Shown: positions 1 through 8,917, counted from the first letter of the stretch. The stretch is 36,903 nt of DNA from a virus (IMGVR_UViG_3300028422_002004:1-36903), one strand, 5' to 3'. Program-made: numbers and translations. Notes: generated from the letters alone by a model not told the origin.

Positions 1-57
1 ATGATAATTCAGGGGGATGTTATCCTGTTTTTTCATGTTTTATATGTAAATTGTGAA

Positions 58-86
58 TTGACAAATGGTGGTTATTATTTTATTAT
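58..86 (+). promoter_or_regulatory. sigma-A promoter of the tRNA gene
   Basis: TTGACA (58-63), 17 bp, TATTAT (81-86), about 30 nt upstream of the tRNA. Confidence 0.8.
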
Positions 87-115
87 ATTTTATGTTGTCA
101 CACAAAATAAGTTAT

Positions 116-190
116 CGGGGTGTGGCTCAGCTTGGCTAGAGCGCCATCTTAGGGAGGTGGAGGTCGCAAGTTCGAATCTTGTCACTCCGA
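116..190 (+). tRNA. tRNA-Pro (anticodon AGG); probable integration site (attL)
   Basis: Cloverleaf: acceptor CGGGGTG/CACTCCG, D arm GCTC/GAGC, anticodon stem CCATC/GGTGG with loop TT-AGG-GA, T arm GCAAG-TTCGAAT-CTTGT; no encoded CCA; integrase converges on it. Confidence 0.93.
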
Positions 191-195
191 TTACG

Positions 196-243
196 AAGAA
201 AACCCAGTATTTACGTGGAAGTGCGTATTTACTGGGTTTTTTC
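196..243. terminator. Intrinsic terminator between tRNA and integrase, probably bidirectional
   Basis: GAAGAAAACCCAGTA ... TACTGGGTTTTTTC inverted repeat with A and T tracts. Confidence 0.8.
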
Positions 244-290
244 ATGTTATGAAATATCTGATAAAAAGAAAAATAATGCGTTTTTGGATA

Positions 291-326
291 AAATGCAACA
301 CGAAATGCAACACGAAATGCAACACG
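291..326 (+). repeat. 3 x 12-bp tandem repeat AAATGCAACACG; probable integrase arm-type sites
   Basis: Exact copies at 291-302, 303-314, 315-326 between tRNA and int stop codon; function inferred. Confidence 0.8.
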
Positions 327-330
327 AAAA

Positions 331-1374
331 TCAGTTATTTTTAAGATCAGTAAAATAATTATTTATTTGTTGATTAAAACTTTCGGTTTTTTCATCCAAT
401 GTATGTCTGTAAACATCTTTCAACACAGAATCATTTCCCCAACCACCCCTTTGCATGATATAAGCATCTGGGACACCGAGTGCATGAAGAATAGAAGCGG
501 AGTAGTGTCGTAGATCATGAAAACGGAAGTGTGGAATACCAGCACGTTTAAGGATCTTTCCAAATCTATTTGTAATTAACGTTGGATGTGGCACAGATAC
601 GATCTTTCCATTTTTTCCTTTCCATAATGCTGCAACAAAATCGGGGTATTCGATGAATCTATCCCCAGCATAACTTTTTGGAATTTTAATAACCCAGTTT
701 TTATGTTCATCCTGTACCATCGTACTTACAACATGAACAACATTGCCTTTTATATTATTAGAGGTAAGTGCAGATATTTCTCCCCGACGCATTGGACCAA
801 AAGCTGCAAGCAATACAGGTAATTCCATTTCGGTGCCTTTAACAGCTTCAATAAGCCTCTTTACATCGTCATCTGATGGAATATAACGGTTAGTCCGTTT
901 CTTCTTTGGTTTGTCTGTATTAAGTGCAAAAGAAGGTCTATAAACTCTCATTACAGCAGATATTAGACCGTGAAGATCTCTGACTGATTTAGGAGAAAGC
1001 TTTGTGGATTCAAAATTAATATATTTCTGGACATCATCAAGTGTTATGTCATCAATTTTAAGATTATTAAGTTGAGTAAAGTGTTGCTTACTTTTACGTT
1101 TGTATTCACGTATTGTAGCAGGAGAGAGAACAGCAGATCTTAATGTAATATAGTTCTCAAGCGCATCTGAAAATGTTAGGCAATTTTGCACATCTAATTT
1201 CTTTTTGTTCAAGGCAAATTGTGCCGCAAGGAATTCGGATTCTTTTTTTGTATCAGCTGTAAATGATTCATATTTGCGATGGCGGGTTTCCTTGCCATCA
1301 ATTGTTATTGTATCAGTTCGGTCATATACTAATGTTCTCCACTGACCTGATGGAAGTTTCTTTGATCTTGCCAT
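331..1374 (-). CDS. int: Phage tyrosine integrase
   Basis: MRRGEI, FHDLRH, QRGGW...VYRH catalytic motifs; adjacent to tRNA. Confidence 0.95.
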   Translation of the reverse strand: MARSKKLPSGQWRTLVYDRTDTITIDGKETRHRKYESFTADTKKESEFLAAQFALNKKKLDVQNCLTFSDALENYITLRSAVLSPATIREYKRKSKQHFTQLNNLKIDDITLDDVQKYINFESTKLSPKSVRDLHGLISAVMRVYRPSFALNTDKPKKKRTNRYIPSDDDVKRLIEAVKGTEMELPVLLAAFGPMRRGEISALTSNNIKGNVVHVVSTMVQDEHKNWVIKIPKSYAGDRFIEYPDFVAALWKGKNGKIVSVPHPTLITNRFGKILKRAGIPHFRFHDLRHYSASILHALGVPDAYIMQRGGWGNDSVLKDVYRHTLDEKTESFNQQINNYFTDLKNN

Positions 1375-1415
1375 AGTATCATCCTTTCATTTTTTGGCAT
1401 AAAAATGCCCGGTGC

Positions 1416-1444
1416 TTGCAATTTGACCGGGCGAATGATACAAT
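1416..1444 (+). promoter_or_regulatory. Promoter antisense to the integrase leader
   Basis: TTGCAA (1416-1421), 17 bp, TACAAT (1439-1444) with extended -10 TG. Confidence 0.65.
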
Positions 1445-1450
1445 ATTTTT

Positions 1451-1529
1451 GTAAAATTAAGAGATTGCATCGGCTCGTCCGGTAAGTGTCTCGAAAACCG
1501 TTTCCTGTTCCCGCAGGAGGCGGTTTTTT
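1451..1529 (+). ncRNA. Predicted ~80-nt antisense sRNA
   Basis: No ORF between promoter and terminator AAAACCGTTTCCTG...CAGGAGGCGGTTTTTT (1494-1529); internal hairpin ATCGG-CTCGT-CCGGT. Confidence 0.5.
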
Positions 1530-1572
1530 ATTATAATTTTTTAGGTTCTGAATAATTCGTTCAGGAACTTTT

Positions 1573-2244
1573 TTAATTCTTCAAAAATTGTTTGCAGTAA
1601 CTACATGGTCTATATCCTAAATATTCTGCATAATTTACTGCATTAATTGTTACAGTAGAATCTTCAATGTAATGGCAACCTATTTCATGATAGCACTCAC
1701 CTGTATCTGTGGTAAGAGCAACATTGAAATTATACCAATTCAGGTCATATTTTATACTTCTCATTTCACTGCTTAATTCAACAATTTTCTCATCTTTTAA
1801 TATTATGGTTTCAGATAAGTCATTTATGACATAACTCGTGTATAAAGAGTATCCTACAATTCCTGAAATAAACAGCACAAAGAAAAATACTTTTACCCCT
1901 TTATGGAGTTTTGGTTTATCAGCTGCATTTTTATGAGGTTCATAGACTTTGTAATCGTAAGCAATTTTCGAGTTATCAGGATCATCCGACTTATCAATTT
2001 TCTTTTTATACATTTTATAACCAATTATAACAAACACCACACCTATAATGATGAATAAATTAGCTGATAAAGTAAATACAATATCATATAGTAACTGTCC
2101 AAATGAGTCTCCCATTCTAAAGTTCAATATACTGAAACCACCAGCAATAGAACCTGTATTAAGAAAGTTTCCCATATAACTACACACTTGTAAAAGAATT
2201 AAAACTACCCCCACTATCATTAATTCCATAAATAAATCCCCCAT
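1573..2244 (-). CDS. Membrane protein with C-terminal Ada-like metal-binding domain
   Basis: Three hydrophobic segments; C-terminal YH-x3-C...GYRPCSYC; alternative start 2229. Confidence 0.7.
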   Translation of the reverse strand: MGDLFMELMIVGVVLILLQVCSYMGNFLNTGSIAGGFSILNFRMGDSFGQLLYDIVFTLSANLFIIIGVVFVIIGYKMYKKKIDKSDDPDNSKIAYDYKVYEPHKNAADKPKLHKGVKVFFFVLFISGIVGYSLYTSYVINDLSETIILKDEKIVELSSEMRSIKYDLNWYNFNVALTTDTGECYHEIGCHYIEDSTVTINAVNYAEYLGYRPCSYCKQFLKN

Positions 2245-2267
2245 TCATATATGTGCATTAATAAAAA

Positions 2268-2732
2268 TCATACAAGTTTAAGAATACCCAAACATGGTTC
2301 AAAAAAAATAATAAATTTATCATGTTGAACGTATATTCCATACTTTTTACGGTAGTGAGCTATTGTTTCAACAGCAAAGGCTTCTGTCACATCCAGATGT
2401 TCTGCTATCTCATCTATGGACTTGCATCCTGCTTTATACGCAGAGATAAGTCCATCTAAATTCACCATTCGTTCATATGCCCATGATCTGGCACGTAATT
2501 CTTGTTTTTTATTCTTTTGATCCTTCTGATTAGTAATGTTTCCGTAGGTAGTATGGTAATGTCCGATCTCTTCAGCTAGGATACATGCACGTTCTGTATA
2601 TGACTTTAAGTTATCTGATAAAGCAATATTTCCATCTACATACAATCCCTTTAAATCACTTTTGAAATGATAGTGCTCGACTACATCTAGTCCATCGGTT
2701 TCTGCTTCCATCAGCAGTTCTTCAAATTCCAT
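2268..2732 (-). CDS. ImmA/IrrE family metallopeptidase
   Basis: ILAEEIGHY and QELRARSWA motifs; downstream of repressor; RBS GAGGGTG before ATG 2732. Confidence 0.88.
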   Translation of the reverse strand: MEFEELLMEAETDGLDVVEHYHFKSDLKGLYVDGNIALSDNLKSYTERACILAEEIGHYHTTYGNITNQKDQKNKKQELRARSWAYERMVNLDGLISAYKAGCKSIDEIAEHLDVTEAFAVETIAHYRKKYGIYVQHDKFIIFFEPCLGILKLV

Positions 2733-2761
2733 TATTAACACCCTCAATATTATGAAATAAG

Positions 2762-3076
2762 TTATTTTCTCTTGTTCTTAATGAATTCAATATATTGTGC
2801 TACATCATCCAATTCGTCCTGAGTAAGTTCATCTGTATCAAGATGAGCAGCAATTGTGATGGGTTCGAATGTCATTGCCTCTAATTCATCAGGAGTAATT
2901 CCAAGAGCTTTACAAATTTTTTGTACATTAATATATGAAGCTTTTTCAATGCCATTCTCTAATATGTATTTGACGGTTGAATAGGGCAAGTTTGATATTT
3001 TTGCAATATCAGCAACTTTATATCCTTTTTTTTCCATTAGGGCACGAAGGTATTTTGCTCTTTCCATATTATTCAC
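2762..3076 (-). CDS. CI/ImmR-like XRE HTH repressor
   Basis: HTH (VADIAKISNLPYSTVKYI...KICKALGIT) and TIAAH motif typical of ImmA-paired repressors. Confidence 0.9.
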   Translation of the reverse strand: MNNMERAKYLRALMEKKGYKVADIAKISNLPYSTVKYILENGIEKASYINVQKICKALGITPDELEAMTFEPITIAAHLDTDELTQDELDDVAQYIEFIKNKRK

Positions 3077-3100
3077 TCCTTTTCAACTGGATTTATGTAT

Positions 3101-3215
3101 AGAATACTCCGCAATTTGCAAAATGTAAATATAAAATTGCAAAATATTGCAAAAAACTATTGACAATTGCAATATACCGCAATATTATATACATATGAAT
3201 TGCAATGTACCGCAA
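3101..3215. promoter_or_regulatory. Lysis/lysogeny switch: divergent promoters and three TTGC-N8-GCAA operators
   Basis: Rightward TTGACA(3160-3165)-17-TATTAT(3183-3188); leftward TTTACA(3129-3124)-17-TATTCT(3106-3101); operators at 3137-3152, 3167-3182, 3200-3215. Confidence 0.82.
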
Positions 3216-3237
3216 TTAAAAGAGAGGAAGTGATATA

Positions 3238-3468
3238 TTGGTTGCAATCAAATGCAATAATTTAGAAGCAGAGATGAAAAGAATAGGTGTATCCAGGAGT
3301 GAAATTGCAGAATGTATTGATGTGTCATATAGAACAATTCATTCAAGATTTAACGGAGAGAGTGAATGGCTATATATTGAGTGCATTAAAATTAGGGATA
3401 AATTTTTCCCCAAATTAGAATTGGATTACTTATTTGCATCAGAAGAAACTGGAAAGGAGAACAATTGA
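3238..3468 (+). CDS. Cro-like HTH regulator
   Basis: NLEAEMKR...EIAECIDVSYRTI...LDYLF; divergent from repressor; TTG start. Confidence 0.85.
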   Translation: MVAIKCNNLEAEMKRIGVSRSEIAECIDVSYRTIHSRFNGESEWLYIECIKIRDKFFPKLELDYLFASEETGKENN

Positions 3469-4208
3469 ACGAATTACAAATTTTTAGAAATGAAGAGTTT
3501 GGATCGGTAAGAACCACTCAGATCAACAATGAACCATTTTTTGTGGGAAAAGATGTTGCAGCAGCACTTGGATATGCTGACACATCAGATGCGATTCAAA
3601 GACATGTAGACGAAGAAGATAAGCTGACAAGGTGTTTCACCGACTCAGGTCAGAAGAGACAAATGTATGTGATCAATGAGTCTGGTGTTTATTCACTGAT
3701 ACTCAAAAGTAAGTTAGGAACCGCAAAACAGTTCAAACGCTGGGTGACATCAGAAGTTCTTCCTTCATTACGGAAGCATGGAATGTATGCAGCGGATGAA
3801 CTTCTTGATAATCCAGATCTGCTGATCAGGGTAGCATCTGCATTGAAAGCAGAGAAAGAAAAATCAAGACAATTGGAAATTGAAAAGTCTGCACTGACAG
3901 TTGACAACTTAGTTATGAAACCAAAAGCTGACTACTTTGATGAATTGGTTGACCGCAATCTGTTAACGAACCTCAGGGATACAGCAAAGGAATTGTGTAT
4001 CAAAGAAAAGGATTTCATCGGTTATCTGCTAACAAACAAATATCTGTATCGGGATAACAAAGGAAAGTTATTACCGTATTCAGCAAAGAATAATGGACTG
4101 TTTGAATTAAAAGAAGCTATTAACACAAAAACTGCATGGACCGGTAATCAGACACTTGTTACACCAAGGGGAAGAGAAACATTTCGATTACTGTTTGCAG
4201 GCATATAA
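3465..4208 (+). CDS. Phage antirepressor (BRO-N + KilAC-type C-terminus)
   Basis: FVGKDVAAALGY, INESGVYSLI, FKRWVTSEVLPSLRKHG; MKPKADYFD...QTLVTPRG. Confidence 0.93.
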   Translation: MNELQIFRNEEFGSVRTTQINNEPFFVGKDVAAALGYADTSDAIQRHVDEEDKLTRCFTDSGQKRQMYVINESGVYSLILKSKLGTAKQFKRWVTSEVLPSLRKHGMYAADELLDNPDLLIRVASALKAEKEKSRQLEIEKSALTVDNLVMKPKADYFDELVDRNLLTNLRDTAKELCIKEKDFIGYLLTNKYLYRDNKGKLLPYSAKNNGLFELKEAINTKTAWTGNQTLVTPRGRETFRLLFAGI

Positions 4209-4217
4209 GGGGGTGTA

Positions 4218-4457
4218 ATGATGCCAAAGGTAAAACCTTTCGAATGTGTTATGCAGCGAAGAAAAGCAGAAGCATGTATCAGACATAAGATGATCCTTGA
4301 AGGCAAAGGGGATCAGGATGTAGCAGATAAGCTAAATATTGATAAAAGAACATTTCAATACAAAATGAAAGATCCGGGGAAATTTACGGTAGATGAAATG
4401 TGGAGAATGAATGAAATGCTTAAATTCAATGAAACTGAAAAAGCATCAATCATATGA
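4218..4457 (+). CDS. Small HTH protein
   Basis: DVADKLNIDKRTFQYKMKDPGKFT HTH-like pattern; RBS present. Confidence 0.7.
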   Translation: MMPKVKPFECVMQRRKAEACIRHKMILEGKGDQDVADKLNIDKRTFQYKMKDPGKFTVDEMWRMNEMLKFNETEKASII

Positions 4458-4470
4458 GGGAAATGAACCT

Positions 4471-4632
4471 ATGAATAGTAATTATGTATTAGCAGTCTTT
4501 GGACTGTGCGTAGCGTGTGTTGGTGGATGCTTACTGGATGCATTGCCAATATCAGGAACTGTCATGCTGGTAGGTGGGTTTATATCGATGCTTCCATATT
4601 ACAAAGAGTGGAAGGAAGACCAGGATGAGTGA
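4471..4632 (+). CDS. Small two-helix membrane protein
   Basis: ATG 4471 after GAGGG; two hydrophobic segments. Confidence 0.6.
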   Translation: MNSNYVLAVFGLCVACVGGCLLDALPISGTVMLVGGFISMLPYYKEWKEDQDE

Positions 4633-4724
4633 AAATGAATAGAGCTGCCAGGTATTAAGGGTACCAAAGCAGCTCACAACAAAAAATCTCAGTCATATTA
4701 TAACACAAACAATTAAAAATTCAA
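4632..4724 (-). promoter_or_regulatory. Antisense promoter facing a hairpin (candidate sRNA or early terminator)
   Basis: Minus strand TTGAAT(4724-4719)-16-TATAAT(4702-4697) with extended TG; stem GAGCTGC(4642-4648)/GCAGCTC(4669-4675). Confidence 0.5.
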
Positions 4725-4741
4725 ATATAAGGAGTATTGGC

Positions 4742-5704
4742 ATGAATGAAGTAAACGCAATTATCACAGTGGAGCAGGTCCCGGAGAGTATCAAGTTTAA
4801 TTATGAAGAAGTAAAGGCACACTTGCAGGAAATATTAAAAGAGTATCATGGAGCAGTATTTACTGATGATTCCATAAAAATGGCAAAAACAATTGTCGCA
4901 GAGCTTAGAAAAGAGCAGAAGGAACTTGATGGACGTAGAATCACCGCAAAAAAAGAATGGATGAAGCCATTTGACGAATTTGAATCAAAAGCAAAAGAGC
5001 TGATCAAGATGTATGATGAACCTATTTTTTTTATTGATGATCAGGTAAAAGGATTTGAAGAACGACAGAAGGCTGAAAAGAAAGATAAAATTTTCAAACT
5101 ATATGAAGATGTGATTGGAGATATGAAAGAATATCTTCCGCTTGAGAAAATCTATAACCTGAAATGGGAAAATGCCACATTTACCATGAAGGCGGTTAAG
5201 GAAGATCTGGAGCAGGTTATTACGTCAACAACACAGGCTGTGGCTACAATATCTGCCATGAATTCAGAAGTAGTTGATAAAGCACTTGAACAGTTTAAAA
5301 ATGATCTGTCCATTACAAATGCAATCGCATTTATTAACAACTATGAAAAGCAAAAAGCAGAAATCCTTGAAAAAGAAAAACTTCGCCAGAAGGAAGAGGA
5401 AGAACGTAAACGTCTTGAAGAAATAGAAAAAGCCAAACAGGAAGAACGTCTTAAAATGGCAGCCGAACATGCAGCTGAAGAAGAAAGACTGGAACAGATC
5501 GAGCAGGCCAGAGAAGAAGGTAAAAGAGCCGCAGAGGTCGAATTACTATCAGTACATGAAAGACCTGTAGATGATGATCTGGAAGCGGCATTTGAGGCTG
5601 TTGATATGGTAAAGGCTGTATTTACTGTATTTGCTACAAATGAGGAATTGGAGCAGGTAGAAATCTATTTAAACAGTATTGGTGTTGAATACAAAAGGAG
5701 CTGA
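4742..5704 (+). CDS. DUF1351-like coiled-coil protein
   Basis: IKFNYEEVK...AKTIVAELRK...KKEWMKPFDEFE; precedes ERF. Confidence 0.8.
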   Translation: MNEVNAIITVEQVPESIKFNYEEVKAHLQEILKEYHGAVFTDDSIKMAKTIVAELRKEQKELDGRRITAKKEWMKPFDEFESKAKELIKMYDEPIFFIDDQVKGFEERQKAEKKDKIFKLYEDVIGDMKEYLPLEKIYNLKWENATFTMKAVKEDLEQVITSTTQAVATISAMNSEVVDKALEQFKNDLSITNAIAFINNYEKQKAEILEKEKLRQKEEEERKRLEEIEKAKQEERLKMAAEHAAEEERLEQIEQAREEGKRAAEVELLSVHERPVDDDLEAAFEAVDMVKAVFTVFATNEELEQVEIYLNSIGVEYKRS

Positions 5705-5709
5705 AAGCA

Positions 5710-6426
5710 ATGGAAAATAAAATGATCTATAAGGCAATCAGTGAAGTCATGGCTGACGTTGGGGCAGTAACAAAGTCAAAAAGAACACAGCAGGGTGACA
5801 AATATCTGTATCGTGGCATTGATGATGTCATGAATGCTTTGAACCCTGCAATGTCAAAACATGGAATATTTATCATTCCACATGTGACAGAAATCAGACG
5901 TGAAGAACGTACCACAAAAAATGGCGGTACTCTCATCACAAGTATGCTTACAATTGATTTTGAGTTCTTTGCAGAAGATGGATCCAGTGTAGTGGCTACT
6001 GTTATGGGTGAAGCATTTGACAGTGGAGATAAGTCCATTAATAAGGCAATGAGTATAGCATTTAAGTATGCGTGCTTCCAGGTATTCTGTATTCCTACTG
6101 AGGAAATGGAAGATCCAGATGCAACGGTACCTGACAATGTGAAGCCTAAACAGCAACAGGGTAATAAATCTGCACAGACGGAAGAAAAGCAGCAGGAAAA
6201 CCCACAGGATTCAGCCACTGAGCCAGAGGGTATTGATTTTGAGAAGATCAAAGATCAGAAGATCAATGAGATCAAAATAAATATCATTAAAGGCGAATTG
6301 GAACGTACAGGTGTAACAGAAGCTCAGATACTTCAAAGGTACAAAGTAGAGTGTTTTGAAGATATCACAGAGGAAATTTTCTTGAAGCTAGTAACTGCAT
6401 TTAAGAAAACTAAAGACAGAGGTTAA
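5710..6426 (+). CDS. ERF family single-strand annealing protein
   Basis: YRGIDDVMNALNP, GEAFDSGDKSINKAMSIAFKYA, EDPDA. Confidence 0.9.
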   Translation: MENKMIYKAISEVMADVGAVTKSKRTQQGDKYLYRGIDDVMNALNPAMSKHGIFIIPHVTEIRREERTTKNGGTLITSMLTIDFEFFAEDGSSVVATVMGEAFDSGDKSINKAMSIAFKYACFQVFCIPTEEMEDPDATVPDNVKPKQQQGNKSAQTEEKQQENPQDSATEPEGIDFEKIKDQKINEIKINIIKGELERTGVTEAQILQRYKVECFEDITEEIFLKLVTAFKKTKDRG

Positions 6427-6429
6427 TCA

Positions 6430-7017
6430 ATGGACTACACAGGTAAGCTTATTGGAATCAGCAGAGATATAGTAACCGGGAAGCTACATGTGACCTTTTC
6501 AATCAACGAAGGGAATGAATTCATCAGATCATATGAAAAGCTGAAAGAAATTGATCTGATGGATATCATTGTCCGTAAATTCAAAAAGAAGAGATCACTT
6601 GATGCAAATGCATATTTTCATGTTCTGAATGGAAAGATAGCTGATGAAATGAAAATATCAAAGGCAAGATGTAAAAATATACTGATCAGCAGATATGGTC
6701 AGCCTGAATTTATTGCTGATGAAGAGATAGCTGTTATAAAGACCAATATACCTGTGGATCAGATGTTGGAACTTGAAACACTTCACACCATACCATGTGG
6801 GGTTGAAATACAGAATGGCAAGGAAATCAACTTTTATAAAGTGTACCGTGGCAGCCATACCTATGATAGCAAGGAAATGAGCATTTTAATTGACTGTACG
6901 GTGCAGGAAGCAAAAGAACTTGGAATTGATACAGAAACCCCGGATAGTATCGAGAAAATGAAACAGCTGTATGAGAGGAACCTGAATGCACAAAAGAACA
7001 AAGGATCTGCAATTTGA
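6430..7017 (+). CDS. Conserved phage protein (NinB-like)
   Basis: KRSLDANAYFHVL...GSHTYDSKEMSILID...AKELGIDT. Confidence 0.7.
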   Translation: MDYTGKLIGISRDIVTGKLHVTFSINEGNEFIRSYEKLKEIDLMDIIVRKFKKKRSLDANAYFHVLNGKIADEMKISKARCKNILISRYGQPEFIADEEIAVIKTNIPVDQMLELETLHTIPCGVEIQNGKEINFYKVYRGSHTYDSKEMSILIDCTVQEAKELGIDTETPDSIEKMKQLYERNLNAQKNKGSAI

Positions 7018-7315
7018 TTCTAAAACTGTACTTGAAATACATGAAAGGGATGTAGACTGCATCTTCTGTAGGTATTTTGGACCTGCTCCATATGATAATG
7101 GAATATTTGATACAGCACATGTTGTTAATAAGTCGCAAGGCGGTCTTGGAGCCAAAGAGAATGGTGTTAGGGCATGCAGGTATCATCATAATTTGATGGA
7201 TAACGGTACAAAAGGTGATTTATACAGAAGATACGCAGAAAGCTATTTAAAAAGCTTATATCCAGGGTGGAACATAGAATCCGTAACATACAAGAAAGGA
7301 ATAGTTTATGAATAA
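6986..7315 (+). CDS. Zn-binding HNH-like nuclease
   Basis: RD-x2-CIFC...AHVV-x2-SQGGLG-x2-ENG-x3-CRYHH. Confidence 0.75.
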   Translation: MHKRTKDLQFDSKTVLEIHERDVDCIFCRYFGPAPYDNGIFDTAHVVNKSQGGLGAKENGVRACRYHHNLMDNGTKGDLYRRYAESYLKSLYPGWNIESVTYKKGIVYE

Positions 7316-7730
7316 AGTTATTTTAATGGGTCGGTTGACAAAGGATCCAGAGGTTAGATATTCACAGGGTGACAATGCAATGGCAATTGCAAGATATACA
7401 ATCGCAGTTGATCGTAGATTTAATCGTAATAGTGATGAAGCAACAGCTGACTTTATTGGTTGTGTAGCATTTGGCAAAGCTGGAGAATTTGCAGAGAAAT
7501 ATTTCCGTAAGGGAACTAAGGTAGCAATCACTGGAAGAATTCAGACAGGCAGTTATACCAATAAAGAAGGTGTGAAAGTGTACACCACGGATGTTGTAAT
7601 TGAAGATCAGGAATTTGCTGAAAGCAAAAAAGGTAACGATGAACCGGAATCTGATCATCCGTCTGGAAGCATTGGTGATGGCTTTATGAATATTCCGGAT
7701 GGTGTTGATGAAGAACTTCCATTTAATTAA
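7308..7730 (+). CDS. ssb: Single-stranded DNA-binding protein
   Basis: MNKVILMGRLTKDPEVRY...GRIQTGSY; acidic tail DEELPFN. Confidence 0.97.
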   Translation: MNKVILMGRLTKDPEVRYSQGDNAMAIARYTIAVDRRFNRNSDEATADFIGCVAFGKAGEFAEKYFRKGTKVAITGRIQTGSYTNKEGVKVYTTDVVIEDQEFAESKKGNDEPESDHPSGSIGDGFMNIPDGVDEELPFN

Positions 7731-7746
7731 GGGTGGTGGCTGATGC

Positions 7747-8490
7747 ATGGGAGACTATATAAAACTTGATCGGAAGATAGTTGACTGGGAATGGTACTTA
7801 GATGTGAATACATGCAGACTGTTTATTCATTTTCTGTTAAAGGCTAATTGGAAGGATGCAAAATTCAGGGGAATTTTAATTCCGAGAGGATCATTTGTTT
7901 CTTCTTATTCAAACCTTGCGGATGAGACAAGACTTACAATTAACGAAATTCGCACTGCAATTTCGCATCTAAAAAGCACACACGAGGTCACAGTCAAATC
8001 ACACAGTAAATTCAGCGTATTTACGGTAAATAATTACAATGTCTATCAAACAGATAACACGCAAGAACACAGTCAGAGCACAGGCAAGTCACAACCTATT
8101 AACAACCTATTAACAACAATAGAAGAAAAGAAAGAAGTAAAGAATAAAAAGAATAAAGATATATTATGTCCGGTTCAAGAGGTGATTGAATATTTGAACG
8201 ACAAAGCAGGTACCTCTTTTAGAGTTACTTCGGCAACAACTAAGGCACTTGTTACTGCCAGATGCAATGATGGATTCACACTTGATGATTTTAAGTCAGT
8301 GATTGATAAAAAGGTTGATGAATGGAAAGACACTGAAATGGCGGTGTATATCAGACCCAGCACTTTGTTTGGTACAAAATTTGAAAGTTATAAAAACCAA
8401 CTGCCTGGTAAAAAGAGACCTGGATTTAATAATATACAGCAAAATGATTATGATTTTGAAGCACTGGAAAAAGAATTGATGTCTAACTAA
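7747..8490 (+). CDS. Phage replication initiator
   Basis: N-terminal YIKLDRKIVDWEWY...IPRGSFVSS; C-terminal IEYLNDKAG...YIRPSTLFGTKFESY domain. Confidence 0.85.
   Translation: MGDYIKLDRKIVDWEWYLDVNTCRLFIHFLLKANWKDAKFRGILIPRGSFVSSYSNLADETRLTINEIRTAISHLKSTHEVTVKSHSKFSVFTVNNYNVYQTDNTQEHSQSTGKSQPINNLLTTIEEKKEVKNKKNKDILCPVQEVIEYLNDKAGTSFRVTSATTKALVTARCNDGFTLDDFKSVIDKKVDEWKDTEMAVYIRPSTLFGTKFESYKNQLPGKKRPGFNNIQQNDYDFEALEKELMSN
7974..8121 (+). repeat. Iteron-like 11-bp periodic repeats (probable origin)
   Basis: ACAACCTATTA x2 (8091-8112) plus degenerate CACA units at 11-bp period, followed by an A-rich tract. Confidence 0.65.
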
Positions 8491-8501
8491 GGTGGTGGAA
8501 C

Positions 8502-8720
8502 ATGAATTTCTGGGGAAAGGGAATAGTCGAAACAAAATGTCCATATTACGAACGTGAAGCCGAATATTCCATCACCTGTGAAGGAATCATAGAAGGTACT
8601 GAAAATGTGGTCAGGTTTAAGAGTAAGCATGAAAAAGAGTCATATCAGGAAGATAACTGTTTTTCATATCCAAATAAATGCCCTGTTTCATGCATGCTCG
8701 ATAAAAAATATCAAAAATAG
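8502..8720 (+). CDS. Small Cys-containing hypothetical protein
   Basis: CPYY...ITCEG...C-x6-CP; RBS GGTGG. Confidence 0.7.
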   Translation: MNFWGKGIVETKCPYYEREAEYSITCEGIIEGTENVVRFKSKHEKESYQEDNCFSYPNKCPVSCMLDKKYQK

Positions 8721-8749
8721 AGGAAAGCAAATAAATCAGAGGTTGAGTT

Positions 8750-8917
8750 ATGAGAAAAGAAATGGATAGCACTCAAAAAGATCACCTTAAGAAGTCAAAT
8801 AATGACAGGCGATTAGGGAGCATGCAGGTAAGCAATAGTCAGAAAGCAAAAGAAGCATTTAACCGTAAACCATATTATCTGGAAGAACCGGAATGTTTTT
8901 CGGAATTAGATGATTAA
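8750..8917 (+). CDS. Hypothetical 55-aa protein (not in ORF track)
   Basis: GAGG RBS, MRKEMDSTQKDHLKK...FSELDD, stop TAA lies in the repeat site. Confidence 0.6.
   Translation: MRKEMDSTQKDHLKKSNNDRRLGSMQVSNSQKAKEAFNRKPYYLEEPECFSELDD

Noticed and set aside
1-252. 83-aa ORF in the track
   Set aside because: Overlaps the tRNA, its promoter and terminator; spurious.
291-326. Possible CRISPR array
   Set aside because: 12-bp repeats without spacers and no cas genes; fits integrase arm sites.
2550-2585. ImmA EExxH instead of HExxH as an inactive gene
   Set aside because: This variant is common in Firmicute phage ImmA-like proteins.
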